A stretch of 64,000 nt of DNA from Minutocellus sp. GHC0000111 (lineage: Eukaryota). Made by a program: the position numbers and the translations under genes. The notes under the pieces were generated by a model. It saw only the letters and a list, made by a program, of their open reading frames with translations, made no database searches and had not been told where the DNA came from. The stretch spans positions 1,240,001-1,304,000 of the forward strand of contig OZ361261.1 of NCBI GenBank assembly GCA_977018835.1, in the 5' to 3' direction. This document shows positions 12,065 through 25,164 of the stretch, one piece after another; positions within the stretch are counted from its first letter, which is position 1, and every line of letters begins with the position of its first letter.

Positions 12065-13825
12065 CTAAGAAAGAACACGAGCAGGTCCTGGCTTGATGTT
12101 ACCATAGGCGTCAAATAGCCCCCACTGTGTATTTTAAAGTGAAAGAGAAAACAAGATTGTGAGACAGAAGAGAAGGACATTCAATCCCTCAATGTCGCAT
12201 CCTGGTCTCACTGAAACACCTTTACTCACGTGGCTCGCGACGTTGCACCATTCAGACCCATCTTTGTATAGGGCCTCGAAAGCATCGAACCAAGAGAGCA
12301 CAATAGACTGGCCGGATGTCCATTCCATGACCTCGCGCAGATACCGTTCTTGGTTAGCGGCGTTGGGAACAGCGGCGCCATTGGCGCAGGAACCGTTGGA
12401 CGGCCATCCAGTCTCGGAGATCCACACTGGCTTATCTCCCGATAGGTTGACGATATCATTATACTCCTGGATAAGCACGCTAAGGGATTGGTCAATGTGA
12501 TATCCACTCCAGAAAGGATAGAAGTTGACGTAGACGATGTCGCACGCGGCGATGACTTTATGGTGCTTTGCCTCGATGAGGGCCTCGTATTTGACCGCGG
12601 TTGTGACGGGAACGTCAGGAACGGCGGCCTTAAATTGGTTGATATAATTCACGATTTGGTTGGCATTGAGGCCATTCCAGGTCAAAACCTCAGACCCGAC
12701 GCTTGCAAGGTCAACAACGCCTTCCTTTGCGAGGTCGATGAGTCAATTGAGCTCGGCTCGGGAGGCTCCAGGACGGTTATCCATCCAGGCACCGGCTACT
12801 GTAGTCATACCAAGGCTCTTGGCATACCTGATGGCTTCCATACCATTATAGCACGCAAAGGTTCGAATGCTATACGGCGTGTAGGTTGGCGAAAAATAAC
12901 AGGATGGGCATACAAGTTTTCAAGTCGATAAAAGAAACACAGACATCATAGAGGCAGAGAACTCACCCATTGGTGTAGGGAGCCACGAGATCAACTCGTT
13001 GGCGGACTGTCTCATCGGGAAGTACCGAGTACGGTGTATCACCAGCAAGATGGGGACTAAAGTCCAGGATATCAAGCTTGCCATTATTCGGAGGGACAAC
13101 GATTGGAGCTGGGGTAGACGATGGAGATTGAGGAGCTGGGGTGACAACGGGAGCAGGTGTGGTAATCTTTGGTGTGACCACAGGCGAGGGGGTAGGGTCG
13201 ACATAGGTGGCTCGAAGATGGTACCGATGAAAAGTGGATCAAAAACAACATCCCCATTTAATGTAGTTGTGGTGGAGCACGTAAGTGAGGTGTCTTCGTC
13301 ATCGGTTGTTATGAGGTGCCCAATGTTCGTCGAACCTGCGATAATTGACTCATCACGTAGCCAGATGAAGGTCTGGGGGACGTGTCTGGAGGAATCTACT
13401 TCGCAGATAAGCCAAGATCCGACGGAGTGGCCCCAAGGTGACCGAATCACAATTCCAGACGTAGAATCGATCGGTGGCTGGGTAGGAGGCGGAGCTGGGA
13501 CTGGGGCAGGTGTAGGAAGAGGAGCTGGAGCACTTGGGGTGGGTGCCGAGCCAATTTGAAGAGCCGGGCTCAGGTTGTCGAGGCTATCGCCGCAACGTAG
13601 CAGCTGTCCATCGTCGGCGTCTTGAAGAAAGTACCAGTTGGAGCTGACACTGGGGATAAGGATGTCGTTCCTCGTCCAAACGTAGAGTCCACCCGGGGCG
13701 TTGCCAGGCTCACAAACCGCCCAGGCGTTGACGCTGTTGCCATAGGGGGTGGTAACCTCATACGCAAAGGACCTTGATTCCGACACGGTGAAAAGGAGGA
13801 GAAAGGATGCAATAAGCTTGATCAT
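12065..13825 (-). pseudogene. Secreted GH17 beta-1,3-glucanase/glucanosyltransferase with two N-terminal Ig-like modules; in-frame TGA plus frameshift
   Basis: Signal peptide; IRTF, VGSE, VNFYPFW, ISETGWPS, FDAFEA and WGLF motifs. Introns at ~12870-12966 and ~12125-12229. TGA at 12743-12745 (ELN*LID); 1-nt shift near 13195. Confidence 0.8.
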
Positions 13826-14306
13826 TTCATGCACTTCTTTGGAGTTGTTCCATGCAATTTATGAGCACCTCTGGGCCATAAATGGGGGTGTCCTCAAGGC
13901 AGACAATTGCACGATCAACGACGACCAATCGTCATTTCACCGAGGGTTGATGCAGCAAAAAGAATCTGGCCTGGGTTATATCGTTGATTATATCGCAAAT
14001 TGACTGAAATAAGTCTGCCGGGCTTTGAAGAACATTCCAACGGCACGGCAGGTGCTCTTCCACGTTCACAAATGACTTTCATGAGAAAGTTCTTCAACTG
14101 TTCATATTATAGATGTCTTCCATTGTATATTTTTGTAGACAGTTCACCATCGCAGATTGAAGAAATCGAGCCAGCCGCTCCTTAGCTTTCAGTTAGAAAC
14201 GCCTGTGTCATCCAAGGTTTTCAAGAGAACGTTCTCTACCATTGGTACTACTAAACCGGGTTTGCCCATCGCACCTCCGTTGAAAAATGGGTTGCTATCA
14301 AGTGCC

Positions 14307-16557
14307 CTACAATCGACTAACGACATGTCTCGTTCGGCCGGAAAGAGCATGCTTGATATCAGCCACACTACTTTCAACTCGTCGGCTCTCTTCCAATGCA
14401 TCTTTAACGACCGCATCATCTTCCGCTCGAACATGGTTTTCAGCATATCCAGGAATGGAACTTTTGCCTCTTGCATCATCTCGTTGTTTCGACTTGAAAA
14501 CGCGCTGCGCAAAATCCTTCTCGAGGACAACCAGACGATCGAGCAGGTGCAAAACAATCTCTGATGGTGTCAAATTGTCGCTATTCACGTCATTCTGAAT
14601 TGACGGGATCTCTTTCTTCAGAATATTGCGTTGGAAATTCCACAAATGGTGCCTTTCATCGACCTCGTTCCACGGAAGTGCGGGCCACAAAGCACCACCG
14701 TCGCCTCCATTGAGTGTTGACGAAAGAAGTCCGTTCTCACTTTGATGAATAGAAATGATACCCTCCAATCGATGATCTAACTCACGTGGAGCAACGGTTT
14801 TGCCAAACGACTTGCGGCACATATCCAACGCGGTCTCCGCCTTGAGCAAAAGACCTCGCAGGGCGTAGAGATGAATGATATTGGTATATGCCTGAATGCC
14901 CTTCTTCCGGCCGCTCTCCGTCAAATAATTCTGACCAAGGCCGGGAATAGATCTATCCGTCTTGAACACCGTCGCCTTTTTCATTTCGCCCGATGCTTGG
15001 CCAGACGCTTGCGACTGACCGGCCTTGAGGAGCTCCTGGCGAGCATTGTAGCACATCTCAATAGTATTCTCACGAATAATCGTCCATCCGGTGTAGAAAC
15101 CATGACGCTTCGCCTTTCGACGCTTGGCAAACTTGGCCTCCGATCGAGCAATCGTGTAGGGAGAGCTCTGAAGCAGCCAACCGGGAATAACTTGATTCAT
15201 TCCATCGCATCCATCCTTTTCACTTCCGTTCAATACGAGAGAGAACGGCATGGCCAATCGCTGAGGCGATAGCTGCACACCGGCCGCCACGATGGAGTAG
15301 GGGGCATCGCACAAATTCACGGGCATTTTGATGACGCATCCCAACCCCCAGAACGTACCCTCACCCGACCCCACCTCTTGATCCGGCAGTCTTCCCGTAT
15401 GGTTGCTCCCCAAATTACTTCCATAGCCCACATTGCCTCGTCCAAGCGGCCAAAGGACGGAGATGATCAAACTCTGATGGTGCGAGTTGGTATTGGGACC
15501 GATGAGGCTGCAATGGCATTCGCCGGTGGACAAATGACTGTCGGGACCAAGGACGGTGTTGGAAACGAAGCTATTGGGACCGATGGCGGCGCATTCCATA
15601 ACGATGGTCGACGAGACGGAGGAGTTGGTGGTAATCTCTGCCTTCCATTGCAAGTAGGCATTGTCGACGGTGCAGGATTTGTCGATGGACGATTCGGGAA
15701 GCAGAATGGCGTTTGTTACGGACGTTGCGGCGTCGATACTGGCATTGGACGAAACATAAACGTTGCAAAGCTTTGGCGTGTGTCGGACGGCGGCATCAGT
15801 ACAGACGGTATTCATGACCAGCTGAGTAGGTCGATAAGCCTGATAGTGGAATTTGGACGACGACGTGGATTGGCTGCCCATGCCAAGCTTGTGACAGACA
15901 TCGATCATCGTGCTTTCCACGTGCACCTTGACGTTTCTACCGCCACCACTCTCGGCCCCGAGGGTGATCTCCATCTCATCTGCAAATGACGATGGCGATG
16001 ACGACGAATCTGTTCCATTCTCGGATGTGACAGTGCCACAATCGACTATGCTCCCTCCAGAGCAAACATGCGTCTGATCAATGACAGTGTTGCCCTCCAC
16101 CACACATCCAGGCCAGGCTCCAGGAGGGTGTTGGATATCATCCCATTGCGACGAATGCTCGAAGAAGTTTTGCCGTCATTGCTATAAGTACAATGCCGAT
16201 CAAAACCCAACCACCAAAGGTGGTATCTACCACTTGCTGCTGCAGTTCGGTGCACAAGTCTCTGGCGCCTTCGTCGGTGCTGCTGCCGACATACATGACG
16301 CGAATCTGCGACCAATCGCTTTCGCCATCGCTGCACTGGCATCGGCAGTCGGGTCCCTCCAGTGTCGCAATCTCCCTCTTGGTCAGTGGTCTTATGACGA
16401 CAGCAGCAGCACTAGTAGTATCGGATGATGCATGTCCGGTATTCGAGCCAGCCGAGACCAGATGCTCGGTTCGGCGAGTCTGCTCATCTCGAGCCGACTT
16501 GGACTCGTGGAAAGGGGCCAGATCGGCGGCACAAATTTTTGCGGCGGAGGCGTCCAT
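14307..16557 (-). CDS. DUF4954-like left-handed beta-helix protein, with two apparent frameshifts at ~16110-16195
   Basis: N-terminal RPLTKREIATLE...C...DWSQIRV; core GNVGYGSNLGSNHTGR, GEGTFWGLG, MPFSLV and PGWLL..SPY...RSEAKF. Confidence 0.72.
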
Positions 16558-16954
16558 GGTGCGAAAAGTACAACGCGATCGAGAAGAGGCTCCCACTGAA
16601 CGGCGGCTCTAAGTAGTGCAGATACAGCTACTAGCCCTAGTATGGCGATACCACTGCAACGTTCGGCACCAACGCGGCAACCATGTGATCATCAAGTGGC
16701 AGCCATCATCGTCGGCGGGCGCGCGCCGGCGGGCAAGCAAAGCAAAACAAGCACCAAAATACCTGTTCCTAAAATGACGACATGATTACGTTACAGAAAA
16801 CTTTGGGGTGCGCGAACGAAACCCATGCAAAACCGTCACAGATTCATACGTCTTGTGTTGCCTTCGGGAGTGATTAGCCAAGGAGAATAGAGAGAGAGGA
16901 TACCCTCGGCACTGCAGCACTGGCCCCTCCAATTGAACCGATCCAAAGAAAACA

Positions 16955-18149
16955 ATGCCCAAGAAGCAGGTGTACTCCCCACTGAACGCCGCAGACGAAG
17001 AATCCCAGCACGAATACTCGCAGTACCGAGACGACCCAGACGAGCACGAAACAACCGGAAACTCGACCATGCCCTCCTCCTCTGCCTCAATCAAATCGGC
17101 CCTGTCGAAAAAGTCGCGCAAATCGCGGAGGAGGGTTGATAATGATGAACTGTCGGTGCCCCTCCATGCCCTGTCGGAGGACGGTGGCGACGAGCACGAC
17201 ATGGAGAGCGGGACTGCCGGCGGTGCCGTAATGGGCGCCGCCGTTTCTCTGGAGGATGACCCCTTTTATGTGTTCCGAGAGGACCTGACTCGCAAGCTTT
17301 GCCTGGTCGATGAGGGTTTGAAGAGATATCTCAATGTGATCCACGATACGGTAAGTTTTGTTTGTGACGGCTGGAGACTCTCCAGGCAGTCTAGGAGACG
17401 AACGAATGCTTTCAGCTGCTCGTTCGTCATTGTTTTCGTTGCATGCATATGGGTCTTGTTTTGTTGTTAACACCGATTCTAATCGTGGTCAATGCATCGT
17501 CCCAAACGTACTTTAGGACACGGCCGTCAATACGCACGAGGTGAAAGATGCCAAAAAGCAACTGAAGCGACACATCAAGAATGCCGAGGCGACGCTGTCG
17601 GACCTGTCCATGACGGTCGATCTGGTGGAATCGGAGCGGGATCGGTTCGGGCACATCGACGACGGGGAACTGTACGACCGACGGACCTTCGTCCAAACGT
17701 CGCGAGAGCGCATCGACAAATGCAAGCGAGAAATGTCGTCGGAGACGGTCAAGTCCAAAACCATGGCCGATGAACGGGCGATGGCGGCACGGAGGGTCGG
17801 GGACATGGGTGCCCGGACCAAGGAGGAGCAGGAGGCGACGGAATTTGTCATCGATACCCGGGCGCATGCGCAGATGATGATGGGTCAGCAGGACGAGGCT
17901 TTGGATGATCTGGACGTGGCCGTGAGTCGGGTGGGCGTCATGGCGGGAGAAATTCACGAGGAGATTGGCCATCAGAACAAGATGCTGTCCGAGCTCGATG
18001 AGGATTTGGCCGATGCCGAGGAGAAGCTGGGGATGGTAATGGGAAAGCTTGCCAAGCTGCTCAAGACCAAGAACAAGTGCCAGCTGGGGACGATACTGAT
18101 CCTCTGTTTGATCGCCCTTATATTATTCTTCCTGGTGATTTACACATGA
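16955..18149 (+). CDS. Syntaxin-6/SYP61/Tlg1-type Qc-SNARE (exons 16955-17350, 17517-18149)
   Basis: EDDPFYVFREDL N-domain, QQDEALDDLD SNARE heptads and a C-terminal TM helix. The GTAAGT...TTTAG intron keeps frame. Confidence 0.9.
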
Positions 18150-18344
18150 TGATGATGATGATGAATACGGTCGGTATGGTTGTGTGATTGATGATGATTT
18201 GATTCAATTCCTCCTTTTGGTTGGTTGCAAAATGTAAATTTAAAAGAAGATTGGCAAGGCCCTTGAGATGGATTGCACCATGCCATCACTTGATTGCATT
18301 GCATTGCTATTGCATGGCACATACTGATGTCATTTGCATATATA

Positions 18345-19097
18345 TGTTAGTCCCAAAATGCGCACTGTCCCAGTTCGCGAACTGGGATCCCAGTTTGCGA
18401 ACTGAGATTCATTTATCCCAGTTTGCGCACTGGGCCCCAGTTCCCAAACTAGGATCTCAGTTTGCGCACTGATACTACCAGAATGGAAACTGAGATAAAC
18501 ACGCCAATCCGAATTTGGGAACCAGACGAGTTCGCGAACTGGAACAAAAATGAATACCAGTTTGGAAACTGGCATTCTCGGCAAGTGTCAGAATGGTAAC
18601 TGCCGGTGTTGGCTCATGCACAATGATTATGTACTGGTAGATCTATCTACAATACAAGTTGCACTGTGCATCATATCTTGAATTTGCAAGCTACATGTAC
18701 TGGTACAGTAGCAACATGATGCCGGCATAGCACAGATGCATGTACAGTTCATGACTTATATTTGCCAGAAGCAGCTAGCTAGATATTATTATTTATTCAC
18801 TATATGTATTTAGTATCAGCTAATGCCAATTTATTGAGTATCAGCTCCGGCACTAATGTCGTCTGGACGTCTGGACCAGGTTTGGGCTGTGTTGCTTTTC
18901 ACTATGAAAAAATGAAGCGAGGAGAGAAGCAAAGGCGATATCATCCATGCTAAATATTCATTATTTCTCGATTGATCCCAGTTTGCAAACTGAGATTGTG
19001 CCTATGATCCCAGTTTCCAAACTGGGATAAATAATCCTAGTTCGCAAACTGGGATCCCAGTTCGCGAACTGGGACAGTGCGCATTTTGGGACTAACA
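18345..19097. mobile_element. MITE with perfect 59-bp TIRs, TATA/TA flanks and subterminal CCCAGTT(C/T)GCGAACTGGG palindromes
   Basis: TGTTAGTCCCAAAATGCGCACTG... at 18345 is the exact reverse complement of ...GCATTTTGGGACTAACA ending at 19097. TATA lies on both sides; the interior is AT-rich and non-coding. Confidence 0.93.
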
Positions 19098-19198
19098 TAT
19101 ACATGTATGCATTGGCTGGCTGGGGGTCGGTCGAAAAGCAAAGAAACCCGGAAATTACCAAGCTCTTTCATCTCTTCTCGCGCACTCTTCACAGCATC

Positions 19199-20365
19199 AT
19201 GTGCTTGAAAATGCCGTTGCTCCCACCCGCCGGCCTCCAAATGGCGCCGCATGCGCTCCTACCTCTCCTGCTACTAACCGCGGAGCCGAGCAGGTGGGTG
19301 CGCCGGACGGCGAGGCGGAGACAGCGGACGGAAGCCCTTCTGTCGTCCATACCGCTGCCTCCGGGCGTTTTGTCTTGGGAGACCAAGGTCCTGCACGATG
19401 CCCCCGCGATAGATTGGGAGAAGTTCCCCGCGCTGCTAGATCCGCAGAGGGGCGGAAAGCTGCGGCGCGGCACCCCCCCCGCGCCCTTCGCAAGCGGCGG
19501 GCCGTCGAGGCATTCGTCCACCTGTCGAGGGGGCTGCTGATGGGCGATGGCAGCGAGCAGTGCGAGTGCCGCGGCGTGATCGTCGACGCCGCATCCGGAG
19601 CCGGCAACCTCTCCATCCCTCTGAGCGGACTCCTCGGACGCAAGACGACAGTCCTCGCCATCGACGTTAATGAGGTTGCCCTGCACAGGCTGAAGGAGAG
19701 GGATGCGTCAGTCAAAGTCCTGTGCGCGGATCTGGCGGCCGATATCGATTTGGAACGATTCGGCGCATCGATGGTTGTATCGCTCCACGGGTGCGGGGCC
19801 GCGACCGACATGGCCATTCGGCTGGCGACGCGAAATCGACTGCCCTTCGTCGTCAGTCCCTGCTGCACTGCCAAGGCCGTCGTGGGACGGACTTATGGAC
19901 CACAGCTGCGAGCGACTACCGGTACCGGAAATAGAATGTCGTCCGAGCATCGCAGCGGTGCTCCGTCGGATATTGTTTATCCACGGTCGGCGTGGCTAGC
20001 CTCGGCATTGAAAGAGCACCTCAACGGCAATGATGACATCGATGGGGCATATGCGACAATTGCCAAAGTAGCAGATGGTGAGTACATGTAGGCGATCTAT
20101 CTGCACTTATTTTGTCCATTTATCGCAAGCTCACCCAAACTAGAAAACCCTTGCATTGTAACTTTGAACTATTCAAGTCGGTCTTGGACCGCAGACTCCT
20201 CTTGAGCAGGTGGAGCACCAGCGACTTGCCAAGCGGATTGTCGAGTGGGATAGGCTCGTTGGGGTCAGGGAGCGCCACAACTATCGAGTCGAAATGTTTG
20301 AGATACGAGATCATGATGGGTATGGCAAAAAAGAAATATGCATTGGTGTACCGGACGCCCCATGA
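19199..20365 (+). CDS. SAM-dependent methyltransferase (GSTCD C-terminal/Methyltransf_32-like); frameshift in C8 run 19473-19480; intron ~20079-20177
   Basis: IDWEKFPALLDPQRGGKL / RALRKRRAV, VDAASGAGNL, SLHGCGAATD, VSPCC; last exon AKRIVEWDRL. Confidence 0.8.
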
Positions 20366-20811
20366 TACCGGCTAGCTAGCTTCACAGACTGCGTTGTGGA
20401 GTGCGGTTTGCTGGACAATTTTATAACACAGCTGATAAATATGAATCACAATGCAATGTCGGGTTTGTGTTGCTGAAAATGAATTAAAATTTTGCTGTTG
20501 GTGCGTGTAACTTAAAACTTCTCTTTCTTTCACCGTAGATCTAGAGTGTCCCGAACGAAGCGATGGTAGTTCTCAACACACTTCATTATCACTGCAAGTC
20601 CGACTAAAATGCGCCGCGCACGTTGGAAGACCTTGCAAAGAAGTCTTATCCAATTTGAAGAGGTGCTGCTCTTCTTCGCAATCCTCAATTGCTGATGATC
20701 CCGTTTTCGCCTTGCTGATCCGAATTCGTGTTCCCGCCACATCACTCGAGCGATGCTCTCGCTCGAGACATGCTGCTTTTTGCTTTCTGCGTCATTTCTT
20801 CCTCGTCAACC

Positions 20812-22670
20812 ATGAGACGATCGTTGTCCCTCGCAGCGGCGGCCACTGCAGGCGTTCCAGTCACCACATTCGGCGCCGCTCACCCACCGTTCTTCTGCCG
20901 CTAGTAAGTTCCAACACGTGTCTCCTCGTTCGGACGACCATCGTGTCCCACTTCACCGACAGACAGGTGGAGCTGCTGACGCCGGCATCACAAGCAGCAC
21001 GTCGTTGGCAGCCCTCCCGGCAGCACTGGCCTCAGTGGCATCTCCATTGGGTTCCGTTTCCGTTCTGGCATTCGTCGTCCTCATTCACGAGGCGGGTCAT
21101 TTCCTAGCCGCGCGCAGTTTTGGCATTAAGGTCGACGAGTTCTCCGTTGGCGTCGGTCCTAAGCTGGCCGGCTTCAATCGCAAGGCCGATGACGAGTCAG
21201 ACGACGAGATTGAGTTCAGTCTGAGGGCCATTCCGTTGGGCGGATACGTGCGTTTCCCTGAGAATTACAATACAACGCTTGCGCAAACCAACGAGGACGT
21301 TGCAAGGAAGCAGAGGATTGAATACCGCAAGGCGAAGAGAGCCGAAGTTGTTGCCGGTTCCGGCGTCGGTGGTGTCGCCGGTGATGAATCCAGGACGGCT
21401 GGTCTGCTCAGTGTGCTAACTTTTGGTTTTGTCGGCAAAAAGGATCGGGAAGAGGCTGAGCGGCTGGCCAAGGAGGAGGCCGAGCGATTGGAAAAGGAAC
21501 AACAGAAGAAGTCCCGCTCGTGGAAGAATGTGTTTGGATTGGTCTCCACTAATGCCGCCAAGGCGGATGGTACCAGCAGCATTGAGAAGCCGCAGCCTCC
21601 GCCGGAAATTGAGTACTATGACGACCCCAATCTACTTCAGAATCGCCCCTGGACTCAGCGAGCTGTTGTCTGGGCTGGCGGTGTTGTTTTCAATATTCTG
21701 CTTGCCTTTGCCTGTTATTTTGGAGAGCTTTCCACGACCGGTCTTCCTCAGCCTGTGTTCCGGGAGGGTGCACTCATCACACAAGCGCCTCGGGTGGATG
21801 GGCCATCTAACGGGCTGCTTCACAAGGGCGACGTTATTGTTGGAATTAATGGTACGTGGTGCTGCACCATACATGCAATCGTACACAATATGTATGTTTT
21901 GGCTGTGTCGTTACATTTTCTCCCAACGGAAATTTTCAATGTATATTCATTTCATCTCTCCATCCTCTCCGATTTCAACAGGGAAACCTTTGATGACGAC
22001 CAGATCACCAAATGTGATGGAGAGTCAGGAGGCAATCAACGAATTCATCTCCGAGATCCGTAAAACCAGTCCTGGCGAATCCCTTCGCTTGTCCATTATT
22101 CAGGCAGCCGCTGATGGTGCTGGTGCGAGCAAGGGACCTATCGATATTGTTGTCAAGCCTCAGGTGAATTCTGACAACGCCCGGTCGATTGGTGTTATGC
22201 TCAGCCCCAACTATGTTCGTACCGACAAGATCAAAGCCGAGTCCCTGCCTGATGCGATTGTTAAGGCGTCCAAGGCCACAAGCGATATCACTACGTCTAC
22301 AGCGAGATCTCTGCTCACTCTGCTCGGAAATGTATTCATGGGCAAAGGTACTGGCAGTCAATCGGTGAGCGGCCCGATCGGTTTGATCAAGCAGGGCTCG
22401 GACGTCGTTTCTTCTGCAGCATCTGGAAGGGATATTGCGGCTGTAGTCGGATTTGCTGCTGCGATTTCGTGTAACTTGGCGGTGGTCAATAGTTTGCCTC
22501 TGCCCGCTTTGGATGGTGGTCAACTTGTGTTTGTGTTGGCTGAGGGTCTTACTGGAAAGAAGATCGACCAAAAGCGTCAGGAGGAGATCAATGCTTTGGC
22601 TCTCTTCCTTCTCCTTGCCTTCAGTCTCAACACTGCAGTTGGTGATGTCGGAAGGCTCATCATCAGATAA
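20812..22670 (+). CDS. Plastid-type RseP/ARASP M50 intramembrane zinc metalloprotease with PDZ; intron 21852-21981; apparent indel in leader
   Basis: HEAGH, FSVGVGP, LRAIPLGGYV and NSLPLPALDGG motifs. QAF leader motif is out of frame with ATG 20812. Confidence 0.88.
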
Positions 22671-23055
22671 ATGAACAGTCCAGGCAAAATCATCACTTAT
22701 AGATCACATCATGTACATGACTATTAGTACGATTCTTCGCATAACAATAAAAATATGCACCAAGAAGTCAAATCGAGTCAGTCGAGCGGATGATGGCAGG
22801 GAGTGGAGAGAGAGAAGAAGAGAGAACACAAGCACGCTCGTACGTACGTAGCCGTATACCGCGCGCCCAAAGCCAACGCAACTGCCTTCTTTCAGATTGA
22901 CTCCTACTATAGTACGCCTCATTTCGCACAACGTTACGAGCAAGGGACTCCCTTGGTACGAGGTATCGCCGCCCGCCCCGCCCAACGCTTGCCTTTTTAC
23001 TTCTTCGCCTCGCTCATAAGCCTATTCCTCATTTCGCACAACGGCACGAGGTATC

Positions 23056-23724
23056 ATGCCCCCTCCACTTCCATCTCGTCCTCTCGGAGTTCGCCTTCTC
23101 GGCAATCCATCGGCGACTGTCGTTGTAGAGCTGTTTCAGGACCTCTGTTGCCCATTCTCTCGAAAGATGTGCATGACTCTGAATGGTTCGAACGGAGTTT
23201 TTGATAAGATACGTGCCGATCCTTCTCTCGCGGCCAAGGTTGAATTCATATTTCACAACGTGCCACAGCCTTGGCATCCGCAGTCGCCCGTGATGCACGA
23301 GTGCATGTTTGCAGTGTCTCTTGCAGTTGATCACGACGCTGATCTGCTGAAGAAGTATATTCGTGCCGCGTTCAATACCTTCCCCGAGTTTGCAGACCTG
23401 CATGTCGCCGACAAGACGAGGAAAGAGTTGCACCTCATGTGCGCCGATATTGCAGCTGAGACTCTTGGAGATGAGATGGGAGGTGCTGATGCCGTCCGTA
23501 AGAAGGTTCTATCTCATCTATCTTTCGACCATTTAACCAAAGATGAACCTCATATGGGGCTCGGGGAAGTCACGAAGCTGCTCAAGTTTGCCGTCAAGCA
23601 TCATCGAACGAGAGGGGTACACGTGACTCCAACAGTTTTCATGAATTCGATCGAAGCTCCCGATGTTAGTAGCGGCTGGTCCGCTGAACAGTGGATGGAG
23701 AAGCTGCGCTCTGTATGTGCATGA
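23056..23724 (+). CDS. DsbA/thioredoxin-like fold protein
   Basis: VELFQDLCCPFS, PQPWHPQS and GVHVTPTVFMN (cis-Pro loop) motifs. Confidence 0.8.
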   Translation: MPPPLPSRPLGVRLLGNPSATVVVELFQDLCCPFSRKMCMTLNGSNGVFDKIRADPSLAAKVEFIFHNVPQPWHPQSPVMHECMFAVSLAVDHDADLLKKYIRAAFNTFPEFADLHVADKTRKELHLMCADIAAETLGDEMGGADAVRKKVLSHLSFDHLTKDEPHMGLGEVTKLLKFAVKHHRTRGVHVTPTVFMNSIEAPDVSSGWSAEQWMEKLRSVCA

Positions 23725-23945
23725 GAGGAATGGATTCGAGCGAGAACCAGAGTACATGTAAAGCGAAGGCTCTACAAAAGACAACTAGGCTGGAGCGGAC
23801 GTAGCTTTTCCAATGTGCATTTTTTCATTTTTATGTGATGTATAAATATAGAGTTTCTTTCGCAATTCATCTTCCCAGCTAGATATTCAGCTCTACATAA
23901 ATGGTGCGAACAGCATCCTATTCGCATTCACTGAGCGCAATTTCT

Positions 23946-25164
23946 CTAGTTCTTGGGAACGACGGTGCTAGCCCTCATGGTATTCTTCTGCACTTGGAAC
24001 TGAACCTTGCAGTTCGTGCACTTGCAAGATGCTACATCATTGAATCCCTCTACGCCCAAAATATTACCGAAATAAACTCTCTGATTGACCTCGCAGCTCG
24101 GGCAGGGGCCGTAGACAATCTTGTTATTGGGGAAAAGGAAATCGTTGGTGATGGTAAGGGAGCCCTGGTAGATGGGGTAGGCTCCGAGAAGGAGAAGGAC
24201 GAGGGGGTTGAGACGGATGAGAGGCTCAATGAGCTCAAATCCGAGGGCGAGCCATCCGATGGTAAGGATGGCGCCGGCGGGGAGGTAGAGCAAGTTGCTT
24301 CGGAAGTTGTCCTCCTGCATGGTAACCTTGCAGATACCGGTGTCGACGTAGCACTTGGGCTCGGTATCGACGGCGAACTTGGATCCTTCTTCCCGGAGCT
24401 CCGCTTTCAGAGCATCGAACTCAGCATCGCTCATGATGGGCTCGCCCTTCATGTACGCCTGGGTGGCGGCCATGAAGCGAGCCTCCTGACGGTTGAGAAC
24501 GGCAACGTCCGAACCGTTCCATGCCAGATCCTCCTTGAGGAGATCGAACTCCTCATCGTTCAGCATCTGCCGTCCGCTGACATAGTACGACTATTTATTC
24601 CACAAACACGCAAAAGAGAGAGACGGAAGGCAAAGCAAGGAGAAATATGGGGTTAGGATATGATAAGCAGTATGAAATAAATGGCATTGTTTGGACATAA
24701 TTGCGGACTGGAAACGAAAGAGGTCGATCGGTACCGTCGGCGGCAAAAATAGGCCAGGTCAAAAATCAGCACATGATGTGCGTGCCGATGTGGCCGCGAG
24801 CTTGCTTGCTTACCTGAAGAGCATCGAGGAAGATGCGCTCCTTCTCCTCGACGGTGAGGCGAATCATCTCGCCGGTCTCCTTGTCGACGGCGCAGTACTC
24901 ATCCTCGGGGATGCACTCGATGGAATCGCCTGTCTCAAAGAACCGCCCGCTCTTGTCGTCGTAGGTGAGCTCCTTCTGCGTTTTGGTATCAAACGTCACC
25001 TCCTTCTTCTCCTTGTCGGACATGTGCAGCGGTCCGACGCCGGCCGCCGAGGCAGCCCGGGACCGCGCGACGAAGGCACTCGCCGGCGTCGAGAAGGCAT
25101 CGGCCCGGCTCGAAAGGAGGGCCAGGGCCACGGAGAGGAGAGCGGCGTTCATCCGGAGGGCCAT
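23946..25164 (-). CDS. PGRL1: PGR5-like 1 thylakoid protein (exons 25164-24814, 24590-23946)
   Basis: Signal + ADAF plastid leader; EKERIFLDALQ|SYY, EEFDLLKEDLAWNGS, two TM helices, C-terminal GPCPSC...CTNC. Confidence 0.95.

Noticed and set aside
12743..12745. In-frame TGA as selenocysteine or a recoded codon
   Set aside because: The position is not a catalytic Cys site in GH17, TGA is used as a normal stop by many genes here, and no SECIS was identified.
18360..18600. Palindromic repeats with short spacers resembling a CRISPR array
   Set aside because: Spacers are short and irregular, repeats decay inward, they mirror at the other end of a TIR element, and there are no cas genes in this eukaryotic context.
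19473..19480. Programmed ribosomal frameshifting at homopolymer runs
   Set aside because: Shifts go in both directions across unrelated genes with no common slippery site or structure; sequencing error is simpler.
20812..25164. Functional plastid/redox cluster (RseP, thioredoxin-fold protein, PGRL1)
   Set aside because: The thioredoxin-fold protein has no plastid leader and orientations are mixed; adjacency is expected by chance in a compact algal genome.
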